From assembly GCA_964437555.1 (NCBI GenBank), contig CAYTHI010000001.1, forward strand, positions 35,149 through 99,148: a stretch of DNA of 64,000 nucleotides, given 5' to 3'. Positions 48,640-58,506 of this stretch are shown here, piece after piece. The notes beneath the pieces are model-generated. The model did no database searches. It was not told the DNA's origin and worked only from the letters and a program-made list of their open reading frames with translations. Within the stretch, counting starts at the first letter, position 1. Each line of letters starts with the position of its first letter. The DNA is from Candidatus Woesearchaeota archaeon (GTDB lineage: Archaea; Nanobdellota; Nanobdellia; Pacearchaeales; GW2011-AR1). Both the position numbers and the translations under genes were made by a program.

Positions 48640-49101
48640 ATGATGAAAATCAAAAAAACTTTAAGAAAAGCAGGAATTGAATATCTTGATATTATTTGTA
48701 AAATAGAATATGAAAGTGGTTATCCGATGGCTATGAAAAAAAAGAGATTTAAAGAACGCATGAAACATGACTTAAAAGACAAGAAAATCCATGCTTATAT
48801 TTTATGGACAAAGAATAAGCCAGCAGGCTATTTTTTGCTCTCAATCTCCCGTAAAGTCTCATATATGTGTTACTTTGCGATATCTAAAAGATATCAAAAA
48901 AAAGGACTTTCAAAAATTTTAATGAAAAAAGCAATTAAAGTCTCACGCACTAATAAATGCAAGAAAATAACCCTCAAGGTATGGGCTAAGAATTACTCCG
49001 CAATTGGCTTGTATAACAAATATGGATTTTGTGTTACTAAATACTATAAGAAGTTTTACCCAAATGGCGATGGAAAATTGGCTATGGAAAAAATGCTTTG
49101 A
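48640..49101 (+). CDS. GNAT-family N-acetyltransferase
   Basis: 'KRYQKKGLSKILMKKAI' (acetyl-CoA binding motif A-like) and 'AIGLYNKYGF'. Confidence 0.6.
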   Translation: MMKIKKTLRKAGIEYLDIICKIEYESGYPMAMKKKRFKERMKHDLKDKKIHAYILWTKNKPAGYFLLSISRKVSYMCYFAISKRYQKKGLSKILMKKAIKVSRTNKCKKITLKVWAKNYSAIGLYNKYGFCVTKYYKKFYPNGDGKLAMEKML

Positions 49102-49207
49102 GCCACATAAGAAAAATGACGCGATTTAATAAAAATAGACATTTTTGTTCAGAGTTGTTTTTCCCGCTTTTAATAAACTATAAAAACGCCAGTCTTCTTC
49201 TCACTTC

Positions 49208-50431
49208 ATGATAATAGAACCAGACGCAGTAAAAGGATTTCAGGACTTCTTGCCTCCGGAATCTCAGAAAAGAGATGCTGTGAGGAAGATAGTTGAGAAG
49301 AACTTCAGGGCATACGGATTTCTCCCAGTTGAAACTCCGACAATTGAATTGGATGAACTAATGCGCTCAGACACTTTGGGAGAAGAAGATGAAGCAATAT
49401 CAGACAGATTCAGGCTAAAGGACAAGGCAGGAAGGAATTTAGGAATAAGATATGAATTTACATTTCAGCTTGCAAGAATTTTCAAGCAAAATCCAAATAT
49501 AAAAACGCCTTTTAGGAGATATCAGATAGGGCAGAACTTCAGGGATGAGCCAACTTCAGCAGGAAGGTTCAAAGAATTCACTCAATGTGACCTAGATATA
49601 ATAGGAGATTCATCACAGGAATGTGAGGCAGAATGCCTTGCCTGCTTTTCAGATATTCTGAAAGAACTGAAAATAAAAGCAGAATTCCAGATAAACAGCA
49701 GAAAATTAATCAATGCAATTCTTGAAAGCGTAAAGATAAGAAGCAAGGAAGAAGCAATGCGCGAATTGGACAAAATAGACAAGATAGGAGAAGACCAGGT
49801 AAAATCAAACCTGAAAAAGCATGCAGATTCAATGCAGGTATTGACTTTGTTCAAGCTATTGGAAAAAAACCTTGATTTTTTCATAGAAAACCTGTTTGAC
49901 GGAGCTGAAGAAATAAGAAATCTTGAAAAACTGCTAAAAAACTATGGAGTAAAAATAAAATTTAATCCTTTCTTAATGCGCGGCTTATCATACTATACAG
50001 GAAACATTGTGGAAATAAGATTGCCAGGAGAGAAAAATTCAATAGGCGGAGGAGGAAGATATGATAAAGTAGTTGGAAAGTATTTGGGAAGAGAGGTTCC
50101 TGCATTTGGATTGTCCTGCGGGTTAGAAAGGCTTTCAAGTCTCGCGCAGGTAAATATGGATAATACAAAGGCAGTTATAATATCATTAGACCAGGAAAAA
50201 GTCTCAATAAAATTGATTCAAAAATTAAGAAAAGAAGGAATTTCATCAATAATTTTCTTCGGAAAGCCAGGAAAAGCATTGGAATATGCAGACTCTTACA
50301 AGATAAAATACGCAGTTTTCATAGGAGAGCAGGAAATAAAAAAGAACAAATTCAAGCTAAGAAACATGCAATCGGGCGATGAAAAAATGCTCTCTGAAAA
50401 ACAGATTATGAATGCATTAAAGAAAGATTAA
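49208..50431 (+). CDS. hisS: histidyl-tRNA synthetase
   Basis: 'GFQDFLPPE' motif 1 region, 'FRDEPTSAGRFKEFTQCDLDIIG' motif 2, 'GGGRYD' motif 3, and a C-terminal anticodon-binding domain. Confidence 0.88.
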   Translation: MIIEPDAVKGFQDFLPPESQKRDAVRKIVEKNFRAYGFLPVETPTIELDELMRSDTLGEEDEAISDRFRLKDKAGRNLGIRYEFTFQLARIFKQNPNIKTPFRRYQIGQNFRDEPTSAGRFKEFTQCDLDIIGDSSQECEAECLACFSDILKELKIKAEFQINSRKLINAILESVKIRSKEEAMRELDKIDKIGEDQVKSNLKKHADSMQVLTLFKLLEKNLDFFIENLFDGAEEIRNLEKLLKNYGVKIKFNPFLMRGLSYYTGNIVEIRLPGEKNSIGGGGRYDKVVGKYLGREVPAFGLSCGLERLSSLAQVNMDNTKAVIISLDQEKVSIKLIQKLRKEGISSIIFFGKPGKALEYADSYKIKYAVFIGEQEIKKNKFKLRNMQSGDEKMLSEKQIMNALKKD

Positions 50432-51264
50432 TCTTCAGCTTTCTCTTCCTCATCCATTTCTTTAAACTCATTTTCCATAAAATCATCAACTTCTTTCTTA
50501 AGCTGCTCAAATTTCTCCTTATTTTTTTCCATATAAATCCTTTTCAATAAAATCCAGATTTCATCAAAATGTTCTTCCTGCTCAAGCCATACTTTTTGCT
50601 GATTATCCAAGTGCAATAAAGAAACAAAAGCTCTGATTTTATCTTCCCTGCCTTCATGCTCAAGGCTTGAAAAAGCTACTTTTTCCTCGCCTTTATCCAA
50701 AACCCCTAATAGCTTTGAATATATCTCTCTAATCTTGCTCTCAAGAGAAAAAAAGCTCTTTGGAAGAGCAACTTGAGTTTCAAATTCCTGCTGCCTAAGG
50801 ACAAGAGTTCTCTTTATTCTTCTGCTCTCCGTCTTTATGGCTGTTCCGAGAGCATCCATAAGTTCCTGCAAAGTTACTTTCTTAAATCTTGGCAGAGGCG
50901 TGCGGGGAATTAAATTGGGAATCTCCTCATCAAGCTCAATTCTTTCCTGAACATATCTTCTTTCTTCTTTTTTTCCAAATAATATTTCATCAAGACCGGG
51001 TATATCTTGATGAAGTAAGATGTCAGATTTCATCCTCAAAAGAATTGAAGCGGCAAGCAAAACTTTGGAAGAAACATAGAAATTAGCTTCTTCTAATTCT
51101 CTCACTTTCACAAGATATTTGTCAACGAGCAAAGAAAGATTCACATCCCAAGGATCCAATTGCTCCGAATTAACAAGGTCATAAATAATGGCATGCCAGC
51201 TCAATTCTTCGCCGAAAAGCAAATCGTGTATTTGCTCCTGATTTACTTTTCCAATTTCTGTCAT
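50428..51264 (-). CDS. scpA: segregation and condensation protein A (kleisin ScpA)
   Basis: 'SWHAIIYDLVNSEQLDPWDVNLSLLVDKYL' N-terminal ScpA motif. Confidence 0.7.
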   Translation of the reverse strand: MTEIGKVNQEQIHDLLFGEELSWHAIIYDLVNSEQLDPWDVNLSLLVDKYLVKVRELEEANFYVSSKVLLAASILLRMKSDILLHQDIPGLDEILFGKKEERRYVQERIELDEEIPNLIPRTPLPRFKKVTLQELMDALGTAIKTESRRIKRTLVLRQQEFETQVALPKSFFSLESKIREIYSKLLGVLDKGEEKVAFSSLEHEGREDKIRAFVSLLHLDNQQKVWLEQEEHFDEIWILLKRIYMEKNKEKFEQLKKEVDDFMENEFKEMDEEEKAED

Positions 51265-51315
51265 CTTAAAGCATTAATGCTAAAACTTTAAATATCTACT
51301 CTTTATGAAAATTCC

Positions 51316-51831
51316 ATGAATTCAAAATACAGAGGGCTCACAATAAGAGCTGCATGCGGAATCTCAGCATTTTTAGCAGGAAGTTTAATGATGGGCCAAG
51401 GAGTCTCAATTACAATTAATGAGCAAAATGAACAAATCAGGACTTTTGAAGCAAATCCTATAGTGATTCAATACAGAAAAGCTTTCAATACAATGTATGA
51501 GCTGCAACAGCCAGGCGACCCAAATCCAGAATTTCTTACTTATGGGCCGACACATATCCGCCCCTCTATTGAGCAGACATTGGAAGGAAGTATAAAAGAA
51601 CAAGCATCAAATAGAGCTATTGAGCTAATACAATCAGATATTCAGGAGATAAGAAAACAGTATCCTGTAGAATATGTTTACGCTTCAGCAGGAAGGATAT
51701 TAGCAGAAAATGAAAATTCAGGTAATAACTTATGTTTAACAGGGTTATTGGTTTCAGTTTTAGGTATGGGATTTCTTGGAACAGCAGTAAGAGAGTTTAG
51801 TGATAAACTTAAGGAAAAAGAGTTCGGTTAA
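51316..51831 (+). CDS. secreted/membrane hypothetical protein
   Basis: N-terminal hydrophobic segment. Confidence 0.4.
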   Translation: MNSKYRGLTIRAACGISAFLAGSLMMGQGVSITINEQNEQIRTFEANPIVIQYRKAFNTMYELQQPGDPNPEFLTYGPTHIRPSIEQTLEGSIKEQASNRAIELIQSDIQEIRKQYPVEYVYASAGRILAENENSGNNLCLTGLLVSVLGMGFLGTAVREFSDKLKEKEFG

Positions 51832-52156
51832 CTAAAAAAGAGCACTCTGATTCTAAAAATAAGTTCGTTTTAATATATTATATCCAATAAAAGTGGTAAC
51901 GCCTCCTACCTATCAGAGAAAGACAACAAAAAAATAGCTGTTCCTATTAGAAAGTTACAACACACCGAAAGATTTAAATACCTAAATTCTATCTGAATAT
52001 TATCACCTCTTTTTCCCCAGGAGAGGACGTTTAGTCCATCTTTTTGAAGGATTAGGCCTCCTCTTCCAGGGTTTAATTAAATATTAAGTAAAAAAGAAAG
52101 AAAATATATTATTAATGGACTTATAACTTAATGCAAGAAGAGGTGAGGAATTCTAT

Positions 52157-52375
52157 TTATTTCATTGTAAATTCAGTATAATTGCATTTGCCACAATGCT
52201 TCCTGTTTTCCCTGTCAGCCAAAAATATTCCTGGCCCGCATCTCGGACAAAAAGATTTTCTTTTCACTTCGCCTCCGGAAATAGAATACATTGAATATTT
52301 CTTGCTTGCTGGCTTATTTTTATGCGGCTTTTTCCCCTTTCCTGTTTTAGCTGCTCCGCCTGCTCTTTCAGACAT
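52157..52375 (-). CDS. rps27ae: 30S ribosomal protein S27ae (S31e)
   Basis: 'CPRCGPGIFLADRENRKHCGKCNYTEF' zinc ribbon. Start set at an internal Met abutting the S24e stop. Confidence 0.85.
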   Translation of the reverse strand: MSERAGGAAKTGKGKKPHKNKPASKKYSMYSISGGEVKRKSFCPRCGPGIFLADRENRKHCGKCNYTEFTMK

Positions 52376-52376
52376 C

Positions 52377-52652
52377 TTAACTTGCTCCTCCAGCAACTTT
52401 CTTAACCTTGAGCTTCCTCTCAATTTTTTCCTTGGCTTCAGAAGAATTATAAAGCAAAGCACTTACATGAAATTTATTGCTTCCGAAATTGCCTCTGATA
52501 CCCTGAACAACTAATAAAGAACCATCAGCCTTCAACTTTTCAGAAAGTTTAGCAGAAGCTTCCTCAAAGGTCGGATTCTTCACAGATTCCATCTCAACAA
52601 GCAATTCCTTTCTGCTCAAAAGATCATTTTTAAAATTTTTTATTATGTTCAT
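52377..52652 (-). CDS. rps24e: 30S ribosomal protein S24e
   Basis: 'KNDLLSRKELLVEMESVKNPTFEEASAKLSEKLKADGSLLVVQGIRGNFGSNKFHVSALLYNSSE'. Confidence 0.82.
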   Translation of the reverse strand: MNIIKNFKNDLLSRKELLVEMESVKNPTFEEASAKLSEKLKADGSLLVVQGIRGNFGSNKFHVSALLYNSSEAKEKIERKLKVKKVAGGAS

Positions 52653-52837
52653 CTCAATCTCACAGCAAATTCTCCCTTGTCTTTTATTTTTAGATTGTTA
52701 GCAAGCTCGGACTGCTCGGAATTAAATACATGAATCTTACCCTTAAAGCTCTCTGTAAATTCAGCACTCCCGCATTTAGGGCATTTCGGACCTTCATAAA
52801 TTGTTCTGCACTGCTTGCATGCTTTTTCTTTTGCCAT
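52649..52837 (-). CDS. spt4: transcription elongation factor Spt4 (RpoE''-like)
   Basis: 'ACKQCRTIYEGPKCPKCGS...GKIHVFNSEQSELANNL'. Confidence 0.8.
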   Translation of the reverse strand: MAKEKACKQCRTIYEGPKCPKCGSAEFTESFKGKIHVFNSEQSELANNLKIKDKGEFAVRLR

Positions 52838-53428
52838 TTACTTCTTTCCTCCTTTCTTTCCGGGCTTCTTTTCAGACTTAGCAACATTACCTTTCTTTCT
52901 CCTTGCTTCCTCAAGCCACTCTATCTTTCCCAATCCTGGCTGTCTCATTGTCAAACCTATTTTTGGCTCTCCTGCCTTGAAACTTATCGCAACAATTCTT
53001 GCTAAACAATTGTCGCCCTTAGCGATGCTTCTCTTTGTATTTTTTCCTGATAAAGTTCCTGTCTTGCTCATGGAAACATAGTCTTCCATTGTCTGCGATA
53101 TGTGAATCATTCCCTGGATTATGCCCATGTCAATGAAAGCTCCAAAATTTGCAATTTCAGAGATTGTTCCGTAAACCAATTCATGCAATTCCGGTCTCCA
53201 TACTAATATTTTAAATATAGATTTATAATAAGCAGAGCCATCGCCAGGGATTATAACTCCGTCTATTACATCATCAACAGAAACAACACTTATCACATAT
53301 CCAAGCTCCTTATTAACTTTGTCAACATAGCTTTCATTTAGCTGTTTTTCTACAGCCTCACGAGTAAGCAAGCCAAAATGCTTGGGCTCCACTCTGACAT
53401 GATCCTCAACTTCAGCAAGATAGAACAT
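52838..53428 (-). CDS. rpoE: DNA-directed RNA polymerase subunit E' (Rpo7)
   Basis: 'MFYLAEVEDHVRVEPKHFG' N-terminal domain plus an S1 domain. Confidence 0.85.
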   Translation of the reverse strand: MFYLAEVEDHVRVEPKHFGLLTREAVEKQLNESYVDKVNKELGYVISVVSVDDVIDGVIIPGDGSAYYKSIFKILVWRPELHELVYGTISEIANFGAFIDMGIIQGMIHISQTMEDYVSMSKTGTLSGKNTKRSIAKGDNCLARIVAISFKAGEPKIGLTMRQPGLGKIEWLEEARRKKGNVAKSEKKPGKKGGKK

Positions 53429-53838
53429 TCTAATCTTTTAATAAAAACATGGTTTTTAAAGGTTTCTTTTAGCACAGGCTTAGTTGAAAAAGTCCTCAGG
53501 GTAAAGATTAATCTACCCTGAGAATGTGTATCTATTTGAGGTGATACACATGAAAAAGTCATGTAAACTAGTTAAAAAACTTAGCTCTTTGCTAAAACAA
53601 TTAAATTGCAGAAGTTATCTGCACCATTTTGGACCTAAAAAATATAAACTGCTTCAGCATTTGTTTGCCTTGCTGACAATGGCCATATGCAGACTTTCAT
53701 TTGCTTGAACTGCATTCCAAATGGCCAAGAAAAAAGGGCAGTCATCCACAGGCACCATACAGACCAAACACATACATGCTTGCAGAAATCAGAGAAACTG
53801 AAAAATTTGTGCAAGATCATCCTGAATCCTGCTCTTAA

Positions 53839-54285
53839 CTATCCTTTTTCAATACCGACACTACTCTTAGACTTGAGAATAACAACTGTTTTCGGAACTT
53901 TCCTTTTTATTTCCCTGTCAAGAGTAGCGATATAAGCTCCTTCCACGCCCTTTTTTATAAGAGAATCATCAACTTTTCCCTGTCCAAAACTTATTTTCTT
54001 TAATTTGCTGTTATCAATCATCTCCAAAGCAACCCCTAATGCAACTCTGTCTTCGTGGGATATTCTTCCCTTCTTTAATCCTCGTAATTCCTGCAAAACT
54101 TCTCTCGGAACAACAATCTTGAAGCCCTGCTCTTCAAGCTGAGATAAAAAGTCTATTTTATTTCTTATGCATGAGATTATAAAACTGCTGTCTAAAATAA
54201 CTTCCACAACAAAGGCAGGAAAAATAAGTATATTAACTTTTATATAGTTTGAAAAGTTATAGATTAAATGGAAGAAAAAGAGCAT
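53839..54285 (-). CDS. PIN-domain protein, Fcf1/Utp24-like (conserved partner of rpoE-spt4 cluster)
   Basis: 'VILDSSFII...KIVVPREVLQEL...YIATLDREIKRK'. Confidence 0.65.
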   Translation of the reverse strand: MLFFFHLIYNFSNYIKVNILIFPAFVVEVILDSSFIISCIRNKIDFLSQLEEQGFKIVVPREVLQELRGLKKGRISHEDRVALGVALEMIDNSKLKKISFGQGKVDDSLIKKGVEGAYIATLDREIKRKVPKTVVILKSKSSVGIEKG

Positions 54286-54825
54286 TTGATTTGGCTTTTA
54301 AGAGAAACAAAAAAAGCTCTTGAAACAGACAATGTTATAGAGTTGCAATCCCTCTCTGACCAAACGATCCATTCAGCTTCAACAGAACAGCATACGGATT
54401 ATATTCTTATAGCAATAATAATATACAGCATTGGAAAAATAGCTGCAAAAAGAGACTCATTAAAAATAAAAAATTGGCCTGAATTAGTAGCTAAAATAAA
54501 TAAGCGGCTTGAAGATGCAGTTACATCATTAGAGCAAAATAACATAGTTGCTTTCGGACAGGCACTAAAAGGAACAAGAAGGATTCTGACAGATAATCTT
54601 TCTCTTAAGCCGTTCATAGAAGATGTTCTAAAAAAAGCATCTATAAATAAAGCATCAAAAATATACGAGCATGGCATCTCCCTTTCACAAACAGCAAAAT
54701 TACTCGGGCTGTCCAAATGGGAGTTGGCTGAATATGTAGGGCAGAAAAACCTTGGAAAAGATGAATATAGCCAAACAATAGACATAAAAAAAAGGGCAAC
54801 AATTGCCCTGGAGTTTTTCTCTTAA
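54268..54825 (+). CDS. hypothetical protein with C-terminal HTH-like segment
   Basis: 'ISLSQTAKLLGLSKWELAEYVG'. Confidence 0.4.
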   Translation: MEEKEHLIWLLRETKKALETDNVIELQSLSDQTIHSASTEQHTDYILIAIIIYSIGKIAAKRDSLKIKNWPELVAKINKRLEDAVTSLEQNNIVAFGQALKGTRRILTDNLSLKPFIEDVLKKASINKASKIYEHGISLSQTAKLLGLSKWELAEYVGQKNLGKDEYSQTIDIKKRATIALEFFS

Positions 54826-55501
54826 AATGAAAATTCTTATCTTGGATTCTGGGCCTATAATAAACCTGTCAATGAACGGTCTGCTTTATTTATTTGAAGA
54901 AATAAAAAAATCAGGAAATATAAGAATAATCCTGACAGATTCTGTAAAAAAAGAAGTCATAGACAGACCGATGGACATACCTCGTTTTGAACTGGGAGCA
55001 ATAAGAGTTGACGAATTAATAAGTGAAAATATCTTTGAGATGTCTGACAAGATAGGGATAAGCAACAGCAGCATAATGGAAAGAACGCAAAAAATATTAA
55101 ACAAATTGAATTCAACAATAAAGGTAAATGGAAAATTCATCACAATTGTAAGCGAGGCAGAATGCTCCTGCCTTGCATTGAGCCAGATTCTGAACGAAAA
55201 AGGTATTGAAAATCTGATTGCAATAGATGAAAGAACAACAAGGGCAATATTTGAAAAGCCGGAAAATCTCATAAGGCTGATGCAGAAAAGGCTGCATAAA
55301 AAAGCCATAATAGAAAACAACGATTTCAGAAAGATAGGCCGTTTTAAATTTATAAGGTCTTCCGAAATCGTCTTTGTTGCGCATAAGAAAAATATGACTC
55401 ACATCAGAGGAAAAAAAGCTCTTGAAGCGCTGATTTATGCGACAAAATATAAGGGATGCGCAATCTCTGATGAAGAAATAAATCAGCTAAAAAAATTATG
55501 A
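54803..55501 (+). CDS. hypothetical protein (possible PIN-like N-terminus)
   Basis: 'MKILILDSGPIINL'. Confidence 0.35.
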   Translation: MPWSFSLKMKILILDSGPIINLSMNGLLYLFEEIKKSGNIRIILTDSVKKEVIDRPMDIPRFELGAIRVDELISENIFEMSDKIGISNSSIMERTQKILNKLNSTIKVNGKFITIVSEAECSCLALSQILNEKGIENLIAIDERTTRAIFEKPENLIRLMQKRLHKKAIIENNDFRKIGRFKFIRSSEIVFVAHKKNMTHIRGKKALEALIYATKYKGCAISDEEINQLKKL

Positions 55502-55502
55502 A

Positions 55503-55573
55503 TGGACCCGGAGGGAATCGAACCCCCGACCTCTGCTCTGGAGGCAGAAATTATGCCATTTAACTACGGGTCC
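55503..55573 (-). tRNA. tRNA-Trp (anticodon CCA), intronless
   Basis: The reverse complement folds as GGACCCG...CGGGTCC acceptor, anticodon stem TCTGC/GCAGA with loop CTCCAGA, T-arm GGGGG-TTCGATT-CCCTC. Confidence 0.8.
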
Positions 55574-55656
55574 TTGCTCATATCACAAGATTAGAGGTTT
55601 TAAGCTTTACCAATACACTTAGGAATCTTTATAAATATCCCAGCCCTAAAATAAAC

Positions 55657-56028
55657 ATGGCAAGAAAGAGGCAAAAATCCGCTGCTGGTTCTAAAAAAAT
55701 CGAGGACAAACTTATAGAAAACATGATAGAGCTACAGAAGCTTAATATAAGAATGGTTGAGAAATTTGAAATGCTTAATTCGCAGATAAGTGCATTGCTA
55801 AATTTGTTCGAATCGGCTGCAAAATCTTTTGCTCTGGCGCCTTCTACAGAGATGACATTTAAAGACAAAGAATTCCTGGATAAAGTGGACAGATTGCTTG
55901 AACAAAATAAAACTTTGGCAAAAGGATTAACTTTAATGGAACAAAGATTGAGGGGCAAAATTTACGGAGAAAATTCGCAGGAAGAGGCGTCTCATTCCTT
56001 TACAAGAAGATTAGAGCCTGAATTCTAA
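55657..56028 (+). CDS. coiled-coil hypothetical protein, coupled to the next gene
   Basis: ORF; its stop overlaps the downstream start. Confidence 0.4.
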   Translation: MARKRQKSAAGSKKIEDKLIENMIELQKLNIRMVEKFEMLNSQISALLNLFESAAKSFALAPSTEMTFKDKEFLDKVDRLLEQNKTLAKGLTLMEQRLRGKIYGENSQEEASHSFTRRLEPEF

Positions 56029-56615
56029 TGGCAAGACTAACTGAGGAAAAAAATAAGTTAAGATGGATTTTGATTAGAGAATTTACCAAGCATCTTATCA
56101 TAAATTCCAAAAAAGAAGAATTTATAAGAAAACCTATAATAGTTAGAAAAGAACAGCCTAAAAAAAAGCAATACGAAATAAAGCAGAATTTAATGATGGC
56201 TTCCCCAAGAACAAGGTTCAATGAAAACGTATTTCAGAATCTGGCTAAACAGGATGATTATCCAAAAAACATTAAGCCTGCAATAGGAGCTGTTAATCTT
56301 GGCAAACTTAATCTCCTGATATCCGATCCAAGAGTAAAAGAAATTGATTGCTACGGCCCAAATAGGGAGATGCTGGTTAAAATAGGAAATTCAACGCAGA
56401 AAACAAAAATCTCCTTAAGTCAGGAGGAAATAACCAGCATCATAAAAGACTTCTCAGAAAAGACACGCATTCCGTTAATGAAGGGCGTGTTTAAAGCCGC
56501 TCTGGGAAACATTATAATTACCGCATTTATCTCAGACTTTGTAGAAACCAAATTTACAATACAAAAAAGGACCCCGTTTGAGCCTCTCCTGCCTTCAGGA
56601 AAGGCTAATTCATAA
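56028..56615 (+). CDS. FlaI/VirB11/GspE-family secretion ATPase N-terminal domain only (ATPase domain absent; truncated gene)
   Basis: 'ISDPRVKEIDCYGPNREMLVKIGN...ALGNIIITAFISDFVETKFTIQKR' matches the pre-Walker-A 'dp.vtEI..ng...v...G...a.L.dGsR......TIRK' segment. The ORF ends 15 codons later, with no P-loop. Confidence 0.5.
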   Translation: MARLTEEKNKLRWILIREFTKHLIINSKKEEFIRKPIIVRKEQPKKKQYEIKQNLMMASPRTRFNENVFQNLAKQDDYPKNIKPAIGAVNLGKLNLLISDPRVKEIDCYGPNREMLVKIGNSTQKTKISLSQEEITSIIKDFSEKTRIPLMKGVFKAALGNIIITAFISDFVETKFTIQKRTPFEPLLPSGKANS

Positions 56616-57819
56616 AAGATATATCAACTCTGCTGACACGCCTGTCCGAAGTTTTCGCATCGATTTTAGCTATAAGCTCCTTTGAAGATTCATCGAAGAC
56701 CTGCAAGAAAATAGAATCCTCTTGTGCAGAATCTCTGACAACGACAATTTCCTTTTTTTGCTCACAGGCGTAAACTACTTTTTTGCTGGCACAAAGATTT
56801 GAGCATGTAACCACATTTACAAGGCCTTTCTTTATATTTCCTTGCAAAACCGCATCTGAATCAAAATTAGGGAGAACGCATTCCTGAATAGAGCACTTAG
56901 TCTCGCCGCAATTAGTTATCTGAGGTATTTGCTCCCTGCTTTTTCCAAAAAGAATTTCTCTTAGATTAGAATTTGGAGACGACTTAACAGATATCGGAAC
57001 ATAAATCTCCCCGCCTTCTTTAATCAAATTCTCTCCTTTATATTTTATAGATATGGCAATCTCTCCGAGCTTCGTTTTCGCCCCAAAAGAAGAAAGAGGT
57101 ATTTTCAACGCCTTTCCTTTTCCAAACCCCCTGACATTCTCCTTATAATCGCTCATAATGTTAACTTTATTTTCAGCTATATAATATCTTATTAAATCCA
57201 AAGAAACAGGAGTTCCATCATTTAGCTTAGCGCTCTTTATTACTACTTCTGTAATTATTGAATCTTCTTCAAAAGAGATAGTGCTGTCAGATTGAGAGCT
57301 TATAGTAGTGATGGTTACATGAGTCAAAATGCCTCCTCCAGAGCCACTCCCTGAACTTCCGCTGCCACTCCCTGTACTTTCCCCAGGGGAATCCGGAGAG
57401 TCAGCTGCAACAAATCCGCTTATAGAATTTCCTGAACCCCCACTATTTCCAGTCGGGCTTCGGACAAAAACCTCCATCTCAACCTTAACTTCAGGATATA
57501 TAGTAAGATCCGGCTCTATATTGCTCTTCTGCTCTTCATCCAATACAAAAAAAAGCGGCTTTTCAATAATCTGGTCACCGACTCTCAAAATAACAATTGA
57601 ATCTGAGGGTAACACGCCATCAGAAAGTATTCTTAGGGAGCCGGAAAGCGTTTCACCTTCAATTAATCTCTTCTGAAATATAAAATCTGCAGACACATTT
57701 CCCGTGACATTGCCTATATTTGAAAAAACAACTAAAAAGATGAAAATTCCCATCAAAAACACAAGGGCAAAATAACGCAGACCAATGTTAACATATTCTT
57801 CCATGACTAAAAAAGACAT
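56605..57819 (-). CDS. TM-anchored surface protein sharing the N-terminal module of the 1988-aa giant protein
   Basis: 'SNIGNVTGNVSADFIFQKRLIEGETLSGSLRILSDGVLPSDSIVILRVGDQIIEKPL' is homologous to the giant's 'SANLTGNATLDIKTRYVLGEQIEGNLILNLKAGELIPVDSVVLIGLNSIE'. Both are followed by a Gly/Ser linker. Confidence 0.5.
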   Translation of the reverse strand: MSFLVMEEYVNIGLRYFALVFLMGIFIFLVVFSNIGNVTGNVSADFIFQKRLIEGETLSGSLRILSDGVLPSDSIVILRVGDQIIEKPLFFVLDEEQKSNIEPDLTIYPEVKVEMEVFVRSPTGNSGGSGNSISGFVAADSPDSPGESTGSGSGSSGSGSGGGILTHVTITTISSQSDSTISFEEDSIITEVVIKSAKLNDGTPVSLDLIRYYIAENKVNIMSDYKENVRGFGKGKALKIPLSSFGAKTKLGEIAISIKYKGENLIKEGGEIYVPISVKSSPNSNLREILFGKSREQIPQITNCGETKCSIQECVLPNFDSDAVLQGNIKKGLVNVVTCSNLCASKKVVYACEQKKEIVVVRDSAQEDSIFLQVFDESSKELIAKIDAKTSDRRVSRVDISFMN

Positions 57820-57842
57820 TTGATATATATAAAAGTTCTTAG

Positions 57843-58424
57843 CTACTCATAATACCTGGAAGAAAAAGCCTGAATTGGAGCAAAAAAATCAGCATTAATC
57901 CTTTCAAAAATAAGCCTTATCCTCTTTTCATGCTTTAAAACAGGAACAATTGGAGAAGCAACCTGAACACCTGAATATTCCTGCCCCTGATAAATCTCCC
58001 TTGCATATCTAACATCAAAAAATTTCCTTGACTCGCCAAAAGTCTTTCTGTGCGCAGCCAACCTCCTCGGATCCATATGGGAAAAATGCTCTCTTAATCC
58101 ATGAACAAAATCAGGCGTCGCACTTTCAGGAATCGCAACAGCAAGAACAGAAACACCCAGGCGAGACCTCTCTTCCGGCAGCCTGTCAGGAAGTTGACCT
58201 CCCCTATAAAGCTCGTTATCCGGGCCAAAACTAATTAAAAATATTCTTGACAATCTGCCATACTCAACTTTTACAGAGCTGTCAAAGCATTCTAAGCTTA
58301 TATTCGGCATTTTTACTCTGCCTCCTGCCTGCATTATTCTTGAAGCAGAAAGCTGTATTCTCTTATCAAGCCAGCCAGAATACCTTTTAGCTAAGCCTGA
58401 AGCATCAACAGCCATGAAAATCAT
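57843..58424 (-). CDS. hypothetical protein
   Basis: ORF only. Confidence 0.4.
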   Translation of the reverse strand: MIFMAVDASGLAKRYSGWLDKRIQLSASRIMQAGGRVKMPNISLECFDSSVKVEYGRLSRIFLISFGPDNELYRGGQLPDRLPEERSRLGVSVLAVAIPESATPDFVHGLREHFSHMDPRRLAAHRKTFGESRKFFDVRYAREIYQGQEYSGVQVASPIVPVLKHEKRIRLIFERINADFFAPIQAFSSRYYE

Positions 58425-58506
58425 ATATAAGCCAGCTTAAAAAGAATTGGTATACTTGAAAATATCTGTTGAAACAATTTAAATAACTAATTTAACTTAA
58501 TCTTAA

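Noticed and set aside
53350-53935. Four short overlapping ORFs in the rpoE-PIN spacer
   Set aside because: Mutually overlapping on both strands, with no motifs. The region is more likely noncoding or RNA (see finding).
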